A program made the position numbers and the translations under genes. The notes beneath the pieces are model-generated. The model worked only from the letters and a program-made list of their open reading frames with translations. It was not told the DNA's origin and did no database searches. From contig JADHOX010000001.1 in NCBI GenBank assembly GCA_016778805.1, forward strand, positions 6,443 through 70,442: 64,000 bases of DNA, in the 5' to 3' direction. Shown here piece by piece: positions 31,945 to 41,685 of this stretch (position 1 is its first letter; every line of letters begins with the position of its first letter). Source of the stretch: Rickettsiales bacterium. Lineage in GTDB: Bacteria > Pseudomonadota > Alphaproteobacteria > Rickettsiales > JABIRX01.

Positions 31945-34587
31945 ATGAAAAAAGTAAAAGAGCTTGACGCAACTAATCAAACCCCAATGATGCGTCAATA
32001 TATTGAAATCAAAAATAATTATCCTGACTATCTTTTATTTTTTAGAATGGGTGACTTTTATGAGTTATTTTATGATGATGCAGTCAAAGCGAGCCAAATC
32101 CTTGATATAGCGCTTACCAAGAGGAGTAAAGATAAAGAGAATGCAATTCCAATGTGTGGGGTTCCACACCATGCTCATGAATCATATTTAGCAAAATTAA
32201 TTAAACACAATCAACGAATTGTAATTTGCGACCAAGTTGAAACTGTTGAAGAGGCAAAAAAACGAGGACATAAAGCTATTGTAAAAAGAGATGTCATTAG
32301 AATTGTAACTTCTGGAACTCTTACAGAAGATAATTTACTAAGTAATAACAAATCAAATTATTTACTCAGTGTTTATGGTCATGATTTGCAATATTCAATT
32401 GCTTACACAGACATATCAACAGGTGAGTTTTTTTATAATATTATTAGCAAAAATAATTTATTAGATGAAATTAATAAAATTGACCCAAGTGAAATTATTA
32501 TTTGCGATAATATTTTTCAGGATAATTCCTTATCATCTTTAATAAAAACCAAACAAGATATAATATCAAACTTTCCAGAAAACTTTTTTGAAAAAAAACG
32601 AACTATTAAAACCTTTCAAGATTTTTTCTCTTTAACCTTTCAAGAATCATTAAACATTAATGAAAACTCTATAAAAGCTATAGGTAGTTTAATTGAATAT
32701 ATCAAAATAACTCAAAAACAAAATTGTCCTAAATTAAATTTTCCAAGAAACGCATCTAATGATGGATTAATGGCTTTAGATAATACAACCATTCAACATC
32801 TTGAAATTTTTAATAATAACTCAAATCAAACAAAAAAAACTCTCTATAATGTAATCAACTTCACCAAAACTTCTCAAGGTGGAAGGCAATTAAGAGAATT
32901 AATTTGTAATCCTCTAACAATTAGAAGCAAAATTATTAAGCGTCAGAAACTCACTCAGTTTTTTTTAGATAATCCATTAATCCTTGAAAACTTACAAACT
33001 TTATTAAAAGAAGTATCAGATATTCAGAGGTTGCTTGCAAAGATCGCTACTAATAGATCATCTCTTAGAGACTTTTTAGCTTTAAGAGAATCAATTAGGA
33101 TTATAGAAAAAATAAATGAGAGTTTTGTTTCCAATGAAAATTTTCAAAAAGAACCTAACCTAAAGATTTTTGCTAAATTATCTCATAATTTTACCTCTTT
33201 ACTATCTGATTTAGATAAAATTGAACCTAAAGAAGTTAATGATAAAAATTTTGTAAACTTTATCACTGATAATGTCTCAAATGAACTTAACGAATTAAAA
33301 ACTCTTCAAAACAACGCCAAAGAAAATATTGAACTTCTTCAACAAAAATATCAAAAACAAACAAATATTCCCGGTTTAAGAATCAAGTCAACAAATGTGT
33401 GGGGGTATTTTATTGAGATTAACAGTAAAGATTATGATAAAATTGATAAAACAATTTTTATTCAAAGACAAAGTCTTGCTAATGCAACTAGATTTATTAC
33501 TGATGAATTAACAGACTTTCAAAATAAACTTTTTTCAAGCAGTCAAAAAATTAATGAAATTGAATTGGAGATTTTAGCTAATATTCAAACTCATATTTTA
33601 GATAATTTCGATATTCTGCAAGAAATTTCAAAAACTATTTCTTATCTTGATGTAATTTGCAGTTTTGCAAAATCAGCAATTTCGTATGATTTAACAAGAC
33701 CAGAAATTACTGAAGATAATTCTCTTCAAATTAAAGAAGGTTTTCATTTAGTTGTTAAAAACTACCTGCCTGAAAATATATCTGAATATGTGGCAAATGA
33801 TTGTAACTTTAACAATTCTACACAGTTAAAGCTTCTTACTGGCCCAAATATGGGCGGTAAATCAACTTATTTAAGACAAAATGCTCTTATTATTTTACTT
33901 GCTCAAATTGGATCTTTTGTTCCAGCAAAATCTGCTAAAATAGGATTAGTTGATAGAATTTTTTCAAGAATTGGAGCAGCTGATGATATTACACATGGAC
34001 GTTCAACATTTATGGTTGAAATGAGTGAAACTGCAACAATCCTTAATCAAGCAAGTAGCAAATCATTTATTATATTAGACGAAATTGGTAGAGGAACATC
34101 TACATATGATGGATTATCAATAGCAATGGCGATTACGCAATATTTGCATAATATAGTCAGAGCTAGAGTAATTTTTGCAACTCATTATCATGAATTAACA
34201 AGTTTAGAGCAAAAATTAAAATTTTTAAAATGTTATCAAGTTTGTGTTGCCGAGGAAAATAATAACATTTTCTTCAAACATAAAGTTAAAGAAGGTTGCT
34301 TAGCAAAATCATATGGAATTATGGTTGCAAAGCTTGCAGGCATTCCAAATCAAATAATTAAAGAAGCTAATGTTATTCTTAATAATTTAGAAAAGAGTAA
34401 TAATAATATATCAATTGATACATTACCTTTATTTCAAGATAATAATCTTTCTTCAGATAATGATAATCAGAAACCGAATAACTCAGCAACAGCTATTTAT
34501 AATAAAATCTCTGAAATAAACCCTGACAACTTAACACCAAAACAAGCCTTAGAAATTTTATACGATTTGAAAAATGAAACTAACTAA
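31945..34587 (+). CDS. mutS: DNA mismatch repair protein MutS
   Basis: N-terminal TPMMRQY..K, FFRMGDFYELF, Walker A GPNMGGKST, DEIGRGTSTYDG. Confidence 0.95.
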   Translation: MKKVKELDATNQTPMMRQYIEIKNNYPDYLLFFRMGDFYELFYDDAVKASQILDIALTKRSKDKENAIPMCGVPHHAHESYLAKLIKHNQRIVICDQVETVEEAKKRGHKAIVKRDVIRIVTSGTLTEDNLLSNNKSNYLLSVYGHDLQYSIAYTDISTGEFFYNIISKNNLLDEINKIDPSEIIICDNIFQDNSLSSLIKTKQDIISNFPENFFEKKRTIKTFQDFFSLTFQESLNINENSIKAIGSLIEYIKITQKQNCPKLNFPRNASNDGLMALDNTTIQHLEIFNNNSNQTKKTLYNVINFTKTSQGGRQLRELICNPLTIRSKIIKRQKLTQFFLDNPLILENLQTLLKEVSDIQRLLAKIATNRSSLRDFLALRESIRIIEKINESFVSNENFQKEPNLKIFAKLSHNFTSLLSDLDKIEPKEVNDKNFVNFITDNVSNELNELKTLQNNAKENIELLQQKYQKQTNIPGLRIKSTNVWGYFIEINSKDYDKIDKTIFIQRQSLANATRFITDELTDFQNKLFSSSQKINEIELEILANIQTHILDNFDILQEISKTISYLDVICSFAKSAISYDLTRPEITEDNSLQIKEGFHLVVKNYLPENISEYVANDCNFNNSTQLKLLTGPNMGGKSTYLRQNALIILLAQIGSFVPAKSAKIGLVDRIFSRIGAADDITHGRSTFMVEMSETATILNQASSKSFIILDEIGRGTSTYDGLSIAMAITQYLHNIVRARVIFATHYHELTSLEQKLKFLKCYQVCVAEENNNIFFKHKVKEGCLAKSYGIMVAKLAGIPNQIIKEANVILNNLEKSNNNISIDTLPLFQDNNLSSDNDNQKPNNSATAIYNKISEINPDNLTPKQALEILYDLKNETN

Positions 34588-35371
34588 TGATTTAGATTTA
34601 AATAAACTTACAAGTTTTATGCTAATGTTAGCTGAATCTTCTGATGAAATTGCATTAAAATATTTTCGAAATAAAAATTTAATAACAATTAATAAATCTG
34701 ACAGCTCACCAGTAACTGTTGCTGATACCGAAATTGAGAAACATATTCGTAAAAAAATCTCAGAGAATTATCCAGATCATAGTATTGTTGGCGAAGAATT
34801 TGACGATTTAGTCACAAACTCGGAATATAAATGGTATATTGACCCAATTGATGGAACCAGTTCATTTATTTCAGGAAAACCTGTTTTTACAACATTAATT
34901 GCATTAACAAAAAATAATGTACCTATTATATCATTGATAAATCAACCATGTCTCAAAGAAAGATATTATTCAAATGGAATAAATTCATTTTTAAATAATG
35001 ATATTATTAAAACTAGTGATGTTTCATCATTAGCTGATGCTATTTTATCAACTACATCTCCAGCTTTTTTTACTGAAAAGGAAATTCAAAAATTTTACAA
35101 AATTGCTAAACTTACCAAATATCAAAAACATGGTGGTTATTTTACTGGCGGTGATGCCTATCAATACGCAATGTTAGCATCAGGACATATTGATATTGTT
35201 ATCGAGTCAGGTTTAAAACCCCATGATTTTTTAAGCCTTGTACCATTAATTGAAAAAGCAGGTGGTATTATAACCGATTGGGATGGCAATAAAGTTACCA
35301 CTAAAACTGATGGTAAAATCATTGCTACAGCAAATCCAAAACTTCACAAACAAGTTTTAGAAAACCTATAA
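34574..35371 (+). CDS. inositol monophosphatase family protein (SuhB/HisN-like)
   Basis: IVGEEF and WYIDPIDGTSSF metal-binding motifs; 265 aa. Confidence 0.85.
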   Translation: MKLTNDLDLNKLTSFMLMLAESSDEIALKYFRNKNLITINKSDSSPVTVADTEIEKHIRKKISENYPDHSIVGEEFDDLVTNSEYKWYIDPIDGTSSFISGKPVFTTLIALTKNNVPIISLINQPCLKERYYSNGINSFLNNDIIKTSDVSSLADAILSTTSPAFFTEKEIQKFYKIAKLTKYQKHGGYFTGGDAYQYAMLASGHIDIVIESGLKPHDFLSLVPLIEKAGGIITDWDGNKVTTKTDGKIIATANPKLHKQVLENL

Positions 35372-35394
35372 ACTTCATTCAATTTATAGGTTTT
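35361..35394. terminator. bidirectional hairpin terminator between convergent genes
   Basis: Perfect 12-bp inverted repeat AAAACCTATAAA / TTTATAGGTTTT with a 10-nt loop, and T/A runs on both sides. Both stop codons (TAA 35369-35371; TAA of the minus-strand gene at 35384-35386) lie inside the arms. Confidence 0.55.
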
Positions 35395-36895
35395 TCACTT
35401 TTTTAAATTCACCGGCTTTAAGTTTTTTAATATATATTTTAGTTTCTTTTTTAATTATTGGAGCCAATAGGTAAAGTCCAATAAGATTTGGAATTGACAT
35501 TGATAAGAATAATATATCAGCAAGATCTATAACAATACCAAGGTTTAACATACCTCCTAATACTACAAAAAATATAAAAATTGAATAACAGACATTTTCA
35601 TATTTACCTTTAGATAAGAAGTCCCAAGCTTGTCTACCATAATAACAATAAGTAAGCATTGTTGAAAATGCGAATAACAAGACAATAAATGACAGTAATG
35701 TCGAGAAACTATTTGAAACTGTTGCAAATGCTTTTGCAGTTATTAGAACTCCACCAAGACCATCTGAACCTATATATGCTCCAGTAATAGTTATAACAAG
35801 CCCAGTCATAAAACAAATAATTATAGTATCAATAAATGGCTCTAATATTGCCACAGCGCCTTCTCTAACAGGCTCTTTTGTCTTAGCAGCTCCGTGAGCA
35901 ATTGTTGCACTTCCTATTCCAGCCTCATTAGAAAAAGCAGATCTTTTAACCCCCTGAATTATAGCTCCTATAACTCCACCATAAATTGCAGAATTTTCTG
36001 AAAATGCTGAAAGGAACATTAATCTAACACCTTCATATACATGTGAATGATTAACCAAAATAATTGTTAAACAACTTATAACATAAATAATTGCCATAAA
36101 TGGTACTATTTTTTCCGCGATATTTGCAATTCTAACGACTCCTCCAATTAGCACGAATCCTATAATTGAAGCTAAAATTATGACAATAACAAATTGCCCT
36201 AAACTCCCCAAATTAAATTCCGATGATATAATTTCTACAGCTTGATTAGATTGAAACAAGATACCAGCTCCTATAGCACCAAAAATACAGAATATTGCAG
36301 CAATAATTGATAAAATTTTACCTAATTTTGCATGACCAATATCTTTTAAACCATCTCTTAAATAGTAAAAAGGACCTGAAAAAAGATGATTATCCTTACT
36401 AATTTGTCGATATTTTAAGCCAAGTAACACTTCAGAATATTTAGCGGTCATTCCAAAAAATGCTGCAATCATCATCCAAATCACTGCACCTGGTCCACCT
36501 AGAGTTATGGCAATTGCAACACCAGCAATATTTCCAAGACCAACAGTTGCCGCAACTGCTGTAAAAAGAGCCTGTGCATGAGTAACTTTTCCTGGATCAT
36601 TTGGGTTAGAATATTTTCCTTTTACAACATCAATAGCATGAGTAAACAAACGTAAATTAACAAATTTTAAATAAATCGTAAAAAATATAGATCCTGTTAT
36701 CAACCATAAAACTATTATAGGAAAACCCATAATATCAAAAAAGAAAATACTAGCTAAAAAATTTACAAAGGGCTGGAAAATAGTCACCAATAATTCATCC
36801 AAGGTTAAACTTGAGGAAGATGATAGATCATCGGCTAACAGGTTATTAGAAAAAATTACTATAACAAAAAAAAATAAATACTTCACAATACACAA
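35384..36895 (-). CDS. alanine/glycine:cation symporter (AGCS family)
   Basis: HAQALFTAVAATVGLGNIAGVAIAI, SNEAGIGSA and about 11 TM helices. TTG start with a signal-like N-terminal extension. Confidence 0.9.
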   Translation of the reverse strand: MCIVKYLFFFVIVIFSNNLLADDLSSSSSLTLDELLVTIFQPFVNFLASIFFFDIMGFPIIVLWLITGSIFFTIYLKFVNLRLFTHAIDVVKGKYSNPNDPGKVTHAQALFTAVAATVGLGNIAGVAIAITLGGPGAVIWMMIAAFFGMTAKYSEVLLGLKYRQISKDNHLFSGPFYYLRDGLKDIGHAKLGKILSIIAAIFCIFGAIGAGILFQSNQAVEIISSEFNLGSLGQFVIVIILASIIGFVLIGGVVRIANIAEKIVPFMAIIYVISCLTIILVNHSHVYEGVRLMFLSAFSENSAIYGGVIGAIIQGVKRSAFSNEAGIGSATIAHGAAKTKEPVREGAVAILEPFIDTIIICFMTGLVITITGAYIGSDGLGGVLITAKAFATVSNSFSTLLSFIVLLFAFSTMLTYCYYGRQAWDFLSKGKYENVCYSIFIFFVVLGGMLNLGIVIDLADILFLSMSIPNLIGLYLLAPIIKKETKIYIKKLKAGEFKKVKNL

Positions 36896-36947
36896 AAAAT
36901 TTTATATAATTAGTTATTAAAATAATCTTGAAAGTAAAGAATAAAAT

Positions 36948-37334
36948 ATGCCGGAAAGTAACTCAGGTGTTAATTTAAATACACAAGCCTTAATTTCATC
37001 ACAAAATGCAGGAGGAGCATCATCTGCTTCATCCCAACCATTTACATTTAATTCTATGATTGGTGAATCTTTTGAATTAGGTGGTGAACTTATGTCATTT
37101 TTGAACGAAAACTTAGATCAAATACTAAGTTTTCTTGAAGGTGCATTTGCTGGAGATCTTGCATCAGCTATAGATAATGGAAGTATGGCTAAAGGATTAG
37201 TGGGTTCCCCTCCTCAAAATTGTATGATTACAAACAGTCCTGGTATGTCTGGAAACCTTTCACCACCTGAAGGTCCTGGTGGAAATATTATGGGCGCTCG
37301 TCAAAACTTAGTTTCTGCAAGTAAAGGTAGCTAA
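36948..37334 (+). CDS. small hypothetical protein, G/S/N/P-rich with one central amphipathic helix
   Basis: 128-aa ORF filling the whole gap between divergent and convergent neighbours. Noticeably less AT-rich than its surroundings. No signal peptide or TM. No family recognised. Confidence 0.5.
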   Translation: MPESNSGVNLNTQALISSQNAGGASSASSQPFTFNSMIGESFELGGELMSFLNENLDQILSFLEGAFAGDLASAIDNGSMAKGLVGSPPQNCMITNSPGMSGNLSPPEGPGGNIMGARQNLVSASKGS

Positions 37335-37358
37335 TAATTTATGTAATTGTTTTAATGT

Positions 37359-37393
37359 TAACAATACTAACCAAATATAGTGTTAGTATGTTA
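37359..37393. terminator. hairpin between convergent genes (weak terminator candidate)
   Basis: ATACTAAC / GTTAGTAT 8-bp stem, extendable to 12 bp with one bulge, and a 10-nt loop. No clear U-tract. Confidence 0.3.
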
Positions 37394-37397
37394 CATA

Positions 37398-38195
37398 TTA
37401 TACAGAAATTATCCGCTTCAACTCGTTTTCACTTATTTTTGTAAGCAATAGATAAGAAAACTTATCATTGAATTTAATCCTGCTAACAATTTTTACTTTA
37501 TTATCACTAAGACTTTGCAGTATTTGATCCGAAAGTTCATGTTCAAGCTCAAAACTGAATAACTGCTTTCTAATTTGACCTAATCTTTCAGTTCTTGTTA
37601 TTAACTCTTGGCCCAAATAGCAACCTTTATCAAAAGCAACTGAATTTTGATCCTTATAACCAAACTCTAAAATTATAGATTTTTCTTTTACAAGCTCATT
37701 TGATTCAACAATTTTATAAGCTATCCTTTGCTGGTGATAATAATTATAATCAACCCTATTTAGGTTTTCAAAATTAAAATTTTCATTGTCTAAGCAATAT
37801 AATCTATAACCTAATTTAGATGATCTTGGATCCTTAAAAACAAAATAACCTTTATCTAAATTTACATTATCAGTGAATAATTGATAGACCTTACAATCAT
37901 CAAGGATTTCAAATTGGACATCACTTCTAAGCTTATAGATTTTAAGCTTATTTGCAAAATCGTCGCAATCTTCTTTAATGATATCAAGGTAAAGATCATC
38001 ACCATTTACAAAAATAAAAAAATCATAAAGAAAACGTCCATTTCCAGTTAAAAAACAAGAAAATAAAAGCTCACTCTTTTCTAATTTTTTTAGATCATTA
38101 GTAATAAGGCCCTGAAGAAAGCTAATTTTATCGTCACCAGTTATTTTGATAATAGCTCGATCTTGATGCTGAACAAATAAATTTTCTTTATTCAT
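37398..38195 (-). CDS. ygfZ: YgfZ-type folate-binding protein (GcvT-like, Fe-S cluster maintenance)
   Basis: Signature KGCYLGQELITR near the C-terminal third; 265 aa. Confidence 0.8.
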   Translation of the reverse strand: MNKENLFVQHQDRAIIKITGDDKISFLQGLITNDLKKLEKSELLFSCFLTGNGRFLYDFFIFVNGDDLYLDIIKEDCDDFANKLKIYKLRSDVQFEILDDCKVYQLFTDNVNLDKGYFVFKDPRSSKLGYRLYCLDNENFNFENLNRVDYNYYHQQRIAYKIVESNELVKEKSIILEFGYKDQNSVAFDKGCYLGQELITRTERLGQIRKQLFSFELEHELSDQILQSLSDNKVKIVSRIKFNDKFSYLLLTKISENELKRIISV

Positions 38196-38215
38196 ATTGG
38201 TAAACTAAAATCTTA

Positions 38216-39223
38216 TCAACCAACACCTTTTGATGTAGAATATTCAAAATGTAATGCTTTATCAGGAAAAACCCTTTTATATGCATTATGAGCTGCAAAT
38301 GCACATTCTGAAAAACCGACTACAATTAGTTTTTTCTTATTTGTATAATCAGCAATATCTCCAAGAGCATAAATACCATCGATATTTGATTGCATAGTTG
38401 ATGGATCAACTTGAATATGTTTTTTATCAATATTTAGACCCCATTCTGCAATTGGACCAAGTTCCATAGCAAGCCCATAAAATGGTAATAGAATATCAGC
38501 TTCTAGATCTCTAGTTTCACCATTTAAATTTTTTACTACAACATGAGATAAAATACCATTATCACCTTTTAAAGAATCTAACTGATAAGGTACAACAAAT
38601 TCAATTTTCTTATCTGCTACTAATTGACGCATTTGTCTTTCAAGCTCATCATGAGCTCTAAATTTATCTCTTCTATGAACTAAATAAATCTTCTCTGCAA
38701 CAGACTCTAAATTTATAACCCAATCCAGTGCTGAATCTCCGCCACCAGCTATTACAACTTTTTTACCACGATAATTTTCAATTTTATTAACCATATATTT
38801 TACTGTACCACCAGCTTCATAAGCTTCAATCCCACTTAGTGGCGGCCTATTTGGACCAAATGATCCACATCCACCTGAGATGAAAATGGCTTTTGCTTTA
38901 CAAACAGTTCCTTTGTCTGACTTTACAATAAAATCATCACCGTCTTTTTCAACTGAAACAATTTGTTCCTGTAAATGATATTCTGGGTTAAAAGGTGCTG
39001 CTTGCTTCTCAAGATTATCAATAAGCTCTTGAGCTTTAATAGATGGAAAACCTGCAATATCATATATTGGTTTTTCGGGATATAACGCAGAACATTGACC
39101 ACCAATAAATTCCAAACTGTCAAAAACATGACATTTCATTCCAAGCATACCGGCTTCAAAAACCGAAAATAACCCAATTGGTCCAGCTCCAATAACTATG
39201 ATATCTGTATTATTAATTGTCAT
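38216..39223 (-). CDS. ferredoxin--NADP+ reductase, thioredoxin-reductase-like type
   Basis: IIVIGAGPIGLF, VVIAGGGDSALDW and GDIADY motifs. 335 aa with no CxxC redox pair. Confidence 0.85.
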   Translation of the reverse strand: MTINNTDIIVIGAGPIGLFSVFEAGMLGMKCHVFDSLEFIGGQCSALYPEKPIYDIAGFPSIKAQELIDNLEKQAAPFNPEYHLQEQIVSVEKDGDDFIVKSDKGTVCKAKAIFISGGCGSFGPNRPPLSGIEAYEAGGTVKYMVNKIENYRGKKVVIAGGGDSALDWVINLESVAEKIYLVHRRDKFRAHDELERQMRQLVADKKIEFVVPYQLDSLKGDNGILSHVVVKNLNGETRDLEADILLPFYGLAMELGPIAEWGLNIDKKHIQVDPSTMQSNIDGIYALGDIADYTNKKKLIVVGFSECAFAAHNAYKRVFPDKALHFEYSTSKGVG

Positions 39224-39246
39224 AAGTTTAACTTAAAATATTTTAT

Positions 39247-41466
39247 TTATTCATTTACTAGCACTTCTCTTCTACCAGTATTATTTGGCGGAGAAACAAC
39301 TCCCCTTTTCTCCATCTCCTCAACAATATTAGCCGATCTATTATAGCCAATTCTTAGTTGTCTTTGAATATAACTGATTGATACTTTTTTGTCTTTCAAA
39401 ACAATTTCAACAGCTTTTTGATATAAATCGTCTCCATCATCATTACCACTATCGGAATCAAAACTTCCATCAGAATCTGATCCAGCAGTCATAATATCCT
39501 CAACATAAATTGGCGAACCTTGAGATTTTAACTCTTTAGTAATTACTGTTACTTCATGATCGCTTATAAAAGGTCCATGAACTCTAATTATTTTCGAACC
39601 TCCATGCATGTATAACATATCACCCATACCAAGTAATTGCTCAGCACCTTGGTCACCCAAAATAGTTCTCGAATCAATTTTTGAAGTTACTTGAAAACTA
39701 ATTCTTGTTGGAAAATTTGCCTTAATTACACCCGTAATAACATCTACTGAAGGCCTTTGTGTCGCAATAATCATATGGATTCCTGCAGCTCTAGCCATTT
39801 GAGCAATTCTTTGCAAATAAGACTCTATTTCTTTTCCAGCAACAATCATCAAATCAGCCATTTCATCAATTATTACAACAATAAATGGTAATGGTGTCAT
39901 ATCTAATTCAACTTCTTCATAAATCGGATTACCATTATTTGGATCAAAACCAGTTTGTACGGTTTTTGTAAGCACTTCACCATCAGCAACAGCTTTTTTT
40001 ATTTTTTGATTATAACCAGATATATTTCTTACACCTAATGATGACATTAATTTATATCTATTTTCCATTTCAGTAACAACCCATCGTAAAACATGAACAG
40101 CTTTTTTTGGATCAGTAATAACTGGAGATAACAAATGTGGAATTCCATCATACACTGATAATTCCAGCATCTTAGGATCAATCATAATAAATTTACATTG
40201 CTCTGGCGATAATTTAAAAATGATTGATAAAATCATTGTATTTATAGCAACAGATTTACCAGAACCAGTTGTTCCTGCAACTAACAAATGAGGCATTTTG
40301 CTTAAATCCGCCATAACTTCATCACCACCAATATCTTGCCCCAGTGCTAATGGTAAATTCAAACCGCTAGATTTATAGTCTTCAGACTCAATCAACTCTC
40401 TTAAATATACCGTTTTTCTAGTCTTATTAGGAAGTTCAATTCCAAGCGCATTTCTTCCCGGAATAACAGCTATTCTCGCAGAAATTGCACTCATTGATCT
40501 TGCAACATCATCTGCTAAACCGATTATTCTAGAAGATTTAATCCCAGGTGATGGTTCAAATTCAAATAATGTAACTACCGGTCCAGGCTTAATTGCACAA
40601 ATTTTTCCACTAATACCAAAATCCTCTAAAGTTGACTGCAATTGTTTTGCCATTGATACATTAGCTCCATGAGCAACATTTGAAGTTTTGGATCCTAAAT
40701 TCGCAGCAAGGAGATCAACAGCAGGAAGTTTATATTGAAAAAATGTTTGCGCCTCACCAGTATCAAATTCTTTTGCCAATTTTTTTATTTTTTTCTCACT
40801 CTTAACAACAGTTGTATCAACGTCTTTGATTCGTTTTTTATGAAAAATTTTAGCAAAATATTCTACAACATTTATTGTGAAAAAAAACTTTATACTATTT
40901 AAACTTTTAAATAATTTAAAAAAACTCTTAATCATATTTTTAAGCATTGGGAATAAATGCGTCCTGTAAAATTTAAATGGAATATCTATTGCTTCTGACA
41001 ATGAAATAAAAAATAAAAAACCTGCTACTGATACAATTGGAACTTCTGATAAATGAACAATGAACTTATCAAAAATAAAACTTCCAACATAACCTCCATA
41101 GCTCAGATGATCCCAGCTCGAAGAAATTTCCATTTTTGCTAATATTATTGCTAAAAAACACAATGAGAAAACTCCATGAGCAGCTCTGTAAGGGAAAAAT
41201 AGATCTTCTTTCTTTTTTAAAAAAAACACACCCCAGACAAATAAATATAAAAACAACAAATATGCAACTAAACCAAAACTTTCTAACATAGATGTAGCAG
41301 CAAAAGAACCAATCTTACTGAGAAAACCAATAAGACTAAAATGTTCAAACAATAAATCAAAATTGTTTAAAGGATGATACGAGACTAGTGATAATAAATA
41401 TACTAACGAAAAAGATACGAATAATGCGCCTGTAATTTCAAAGAATCTTGGTTTTAAAAACTCCAT
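39247..41466 (-). CDS. ftsK: DNA translocase FtsK
   Basis: N-terminal TM helices, Walker A VAGTTGSGKS, Walker B VVIIDEMADL and a C-terminal gamma winged-helix (SISYIQRQLRIGYNRSANIVEEME). ATG at 41466 chosen; a TTG at 41514 is an alternative start. Confidence 0.95.
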   Translation of the reverse strand: MEFLKPRFFEITGALFVSFSLVYLLSLVSYHPLNNFDLLFEHFSLIGFLSKIGSFAATSMLESFGLVAYLLFLYLFVWGVFFLKKKEDLFFPYRAAHGVFSLCFLAIILAKMEISSSWDHLSYGGYVGSFIFDKFIVHLSEVPIVSVAGFLFFISLSEAIDIPFKFYRTHLFPMLKNMIKSFFKLFKSLNSIKFFFTINVVEYFAKIFHKKRIKDVDTTVVKSEKKIKKLAKEFDTGEAQTFFQYKLPAVDLLAANLGSKTSNVAHGANVSMAKQLQSTLEDFGISGKICAIKPGPVVTLFEFEPSPGIKSSRIIGLADDVARSMSAISARIAVIPGRNALGIELPNKTRKTVYLRELIESEDYKSSGLNLPLALGQDIGGDEVMADLSKMPHLLVAGTTGSGKSVAINTMILSIIFKLSPEQCKFIMIDPKMLELSVYDGIPHLLSPVITDPKKAVHVLRWVVTEMENRYKLMSSLGVRNISGYNQKIKKAVADGEVLTKTVQTGFDPNNGNPIYEEVELDMTPLPFIVVIIDEMADLMIVAGKEIESYLQRIAQMARAAGIHMIIATQRPSVDVITGVIKANFPTRISFQVTSKIDSRTILGDQGAEQLLGMGDMLYMHGGSKIIRVHGPFISDHEVTVITKELKSQGSPIYVEDIMTAGSDSDGSFDSDSGNDDGDDLYQKAVEIVLKDKKVSISYIQRQLRIGYNRSANIVEEMEKRGVVSPPNNTGRREVLVNE

Positions 41467-41685
41467 TAATTTAAATAAATTATGCTCACCAATAGTTCTA
41501 GATAAAACAAGCAATTAGTTCAAGTGCAAATGTTTTTAAAGCTAAAAAATAAATTTTTTGATTTTATTATGAAAAATCCTGAAAAACTAAGAGAAAATCA
41601 ATCATTTATACTTTACAACTTAACGCTCTTCACCTAAAAACTAGTTTTGCTAGTAGTTTTCAAAGTAATTTATCAATAATTTCAG

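Noticed and set aside
34455-34473. A second Fur-box-like 19-mer, GATAATGATAATCAGAAAC (16/19 to the classical consensus), near the 3' end of mutS.
   Set aside because: It lies inside the mutS coding sequence, where it encodes an S-D-N-D-N-Q low-complexity stretch. It lacks the 7-1-7 dyad symmetry, and the downstream gene (IMPase family) has no obvious link to iron. It is probably a codon-composition coincidence.
41515-41685. The 171-bp leader upstream of mgtE, examined for an M-box/Mg riboswitch. It contains a 22-codon uORF (41569-41637, MKNPEKLRENQSFILYNLTLFT).
   Set aside because: There are no conserved GC-rich helices or M-box-like core. The region is nearly pure A/T with only short imperfect repeats. 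The uORF has no SD, no Pro-rich or Mg-sensing-leader features, and is of a length expected by chance.
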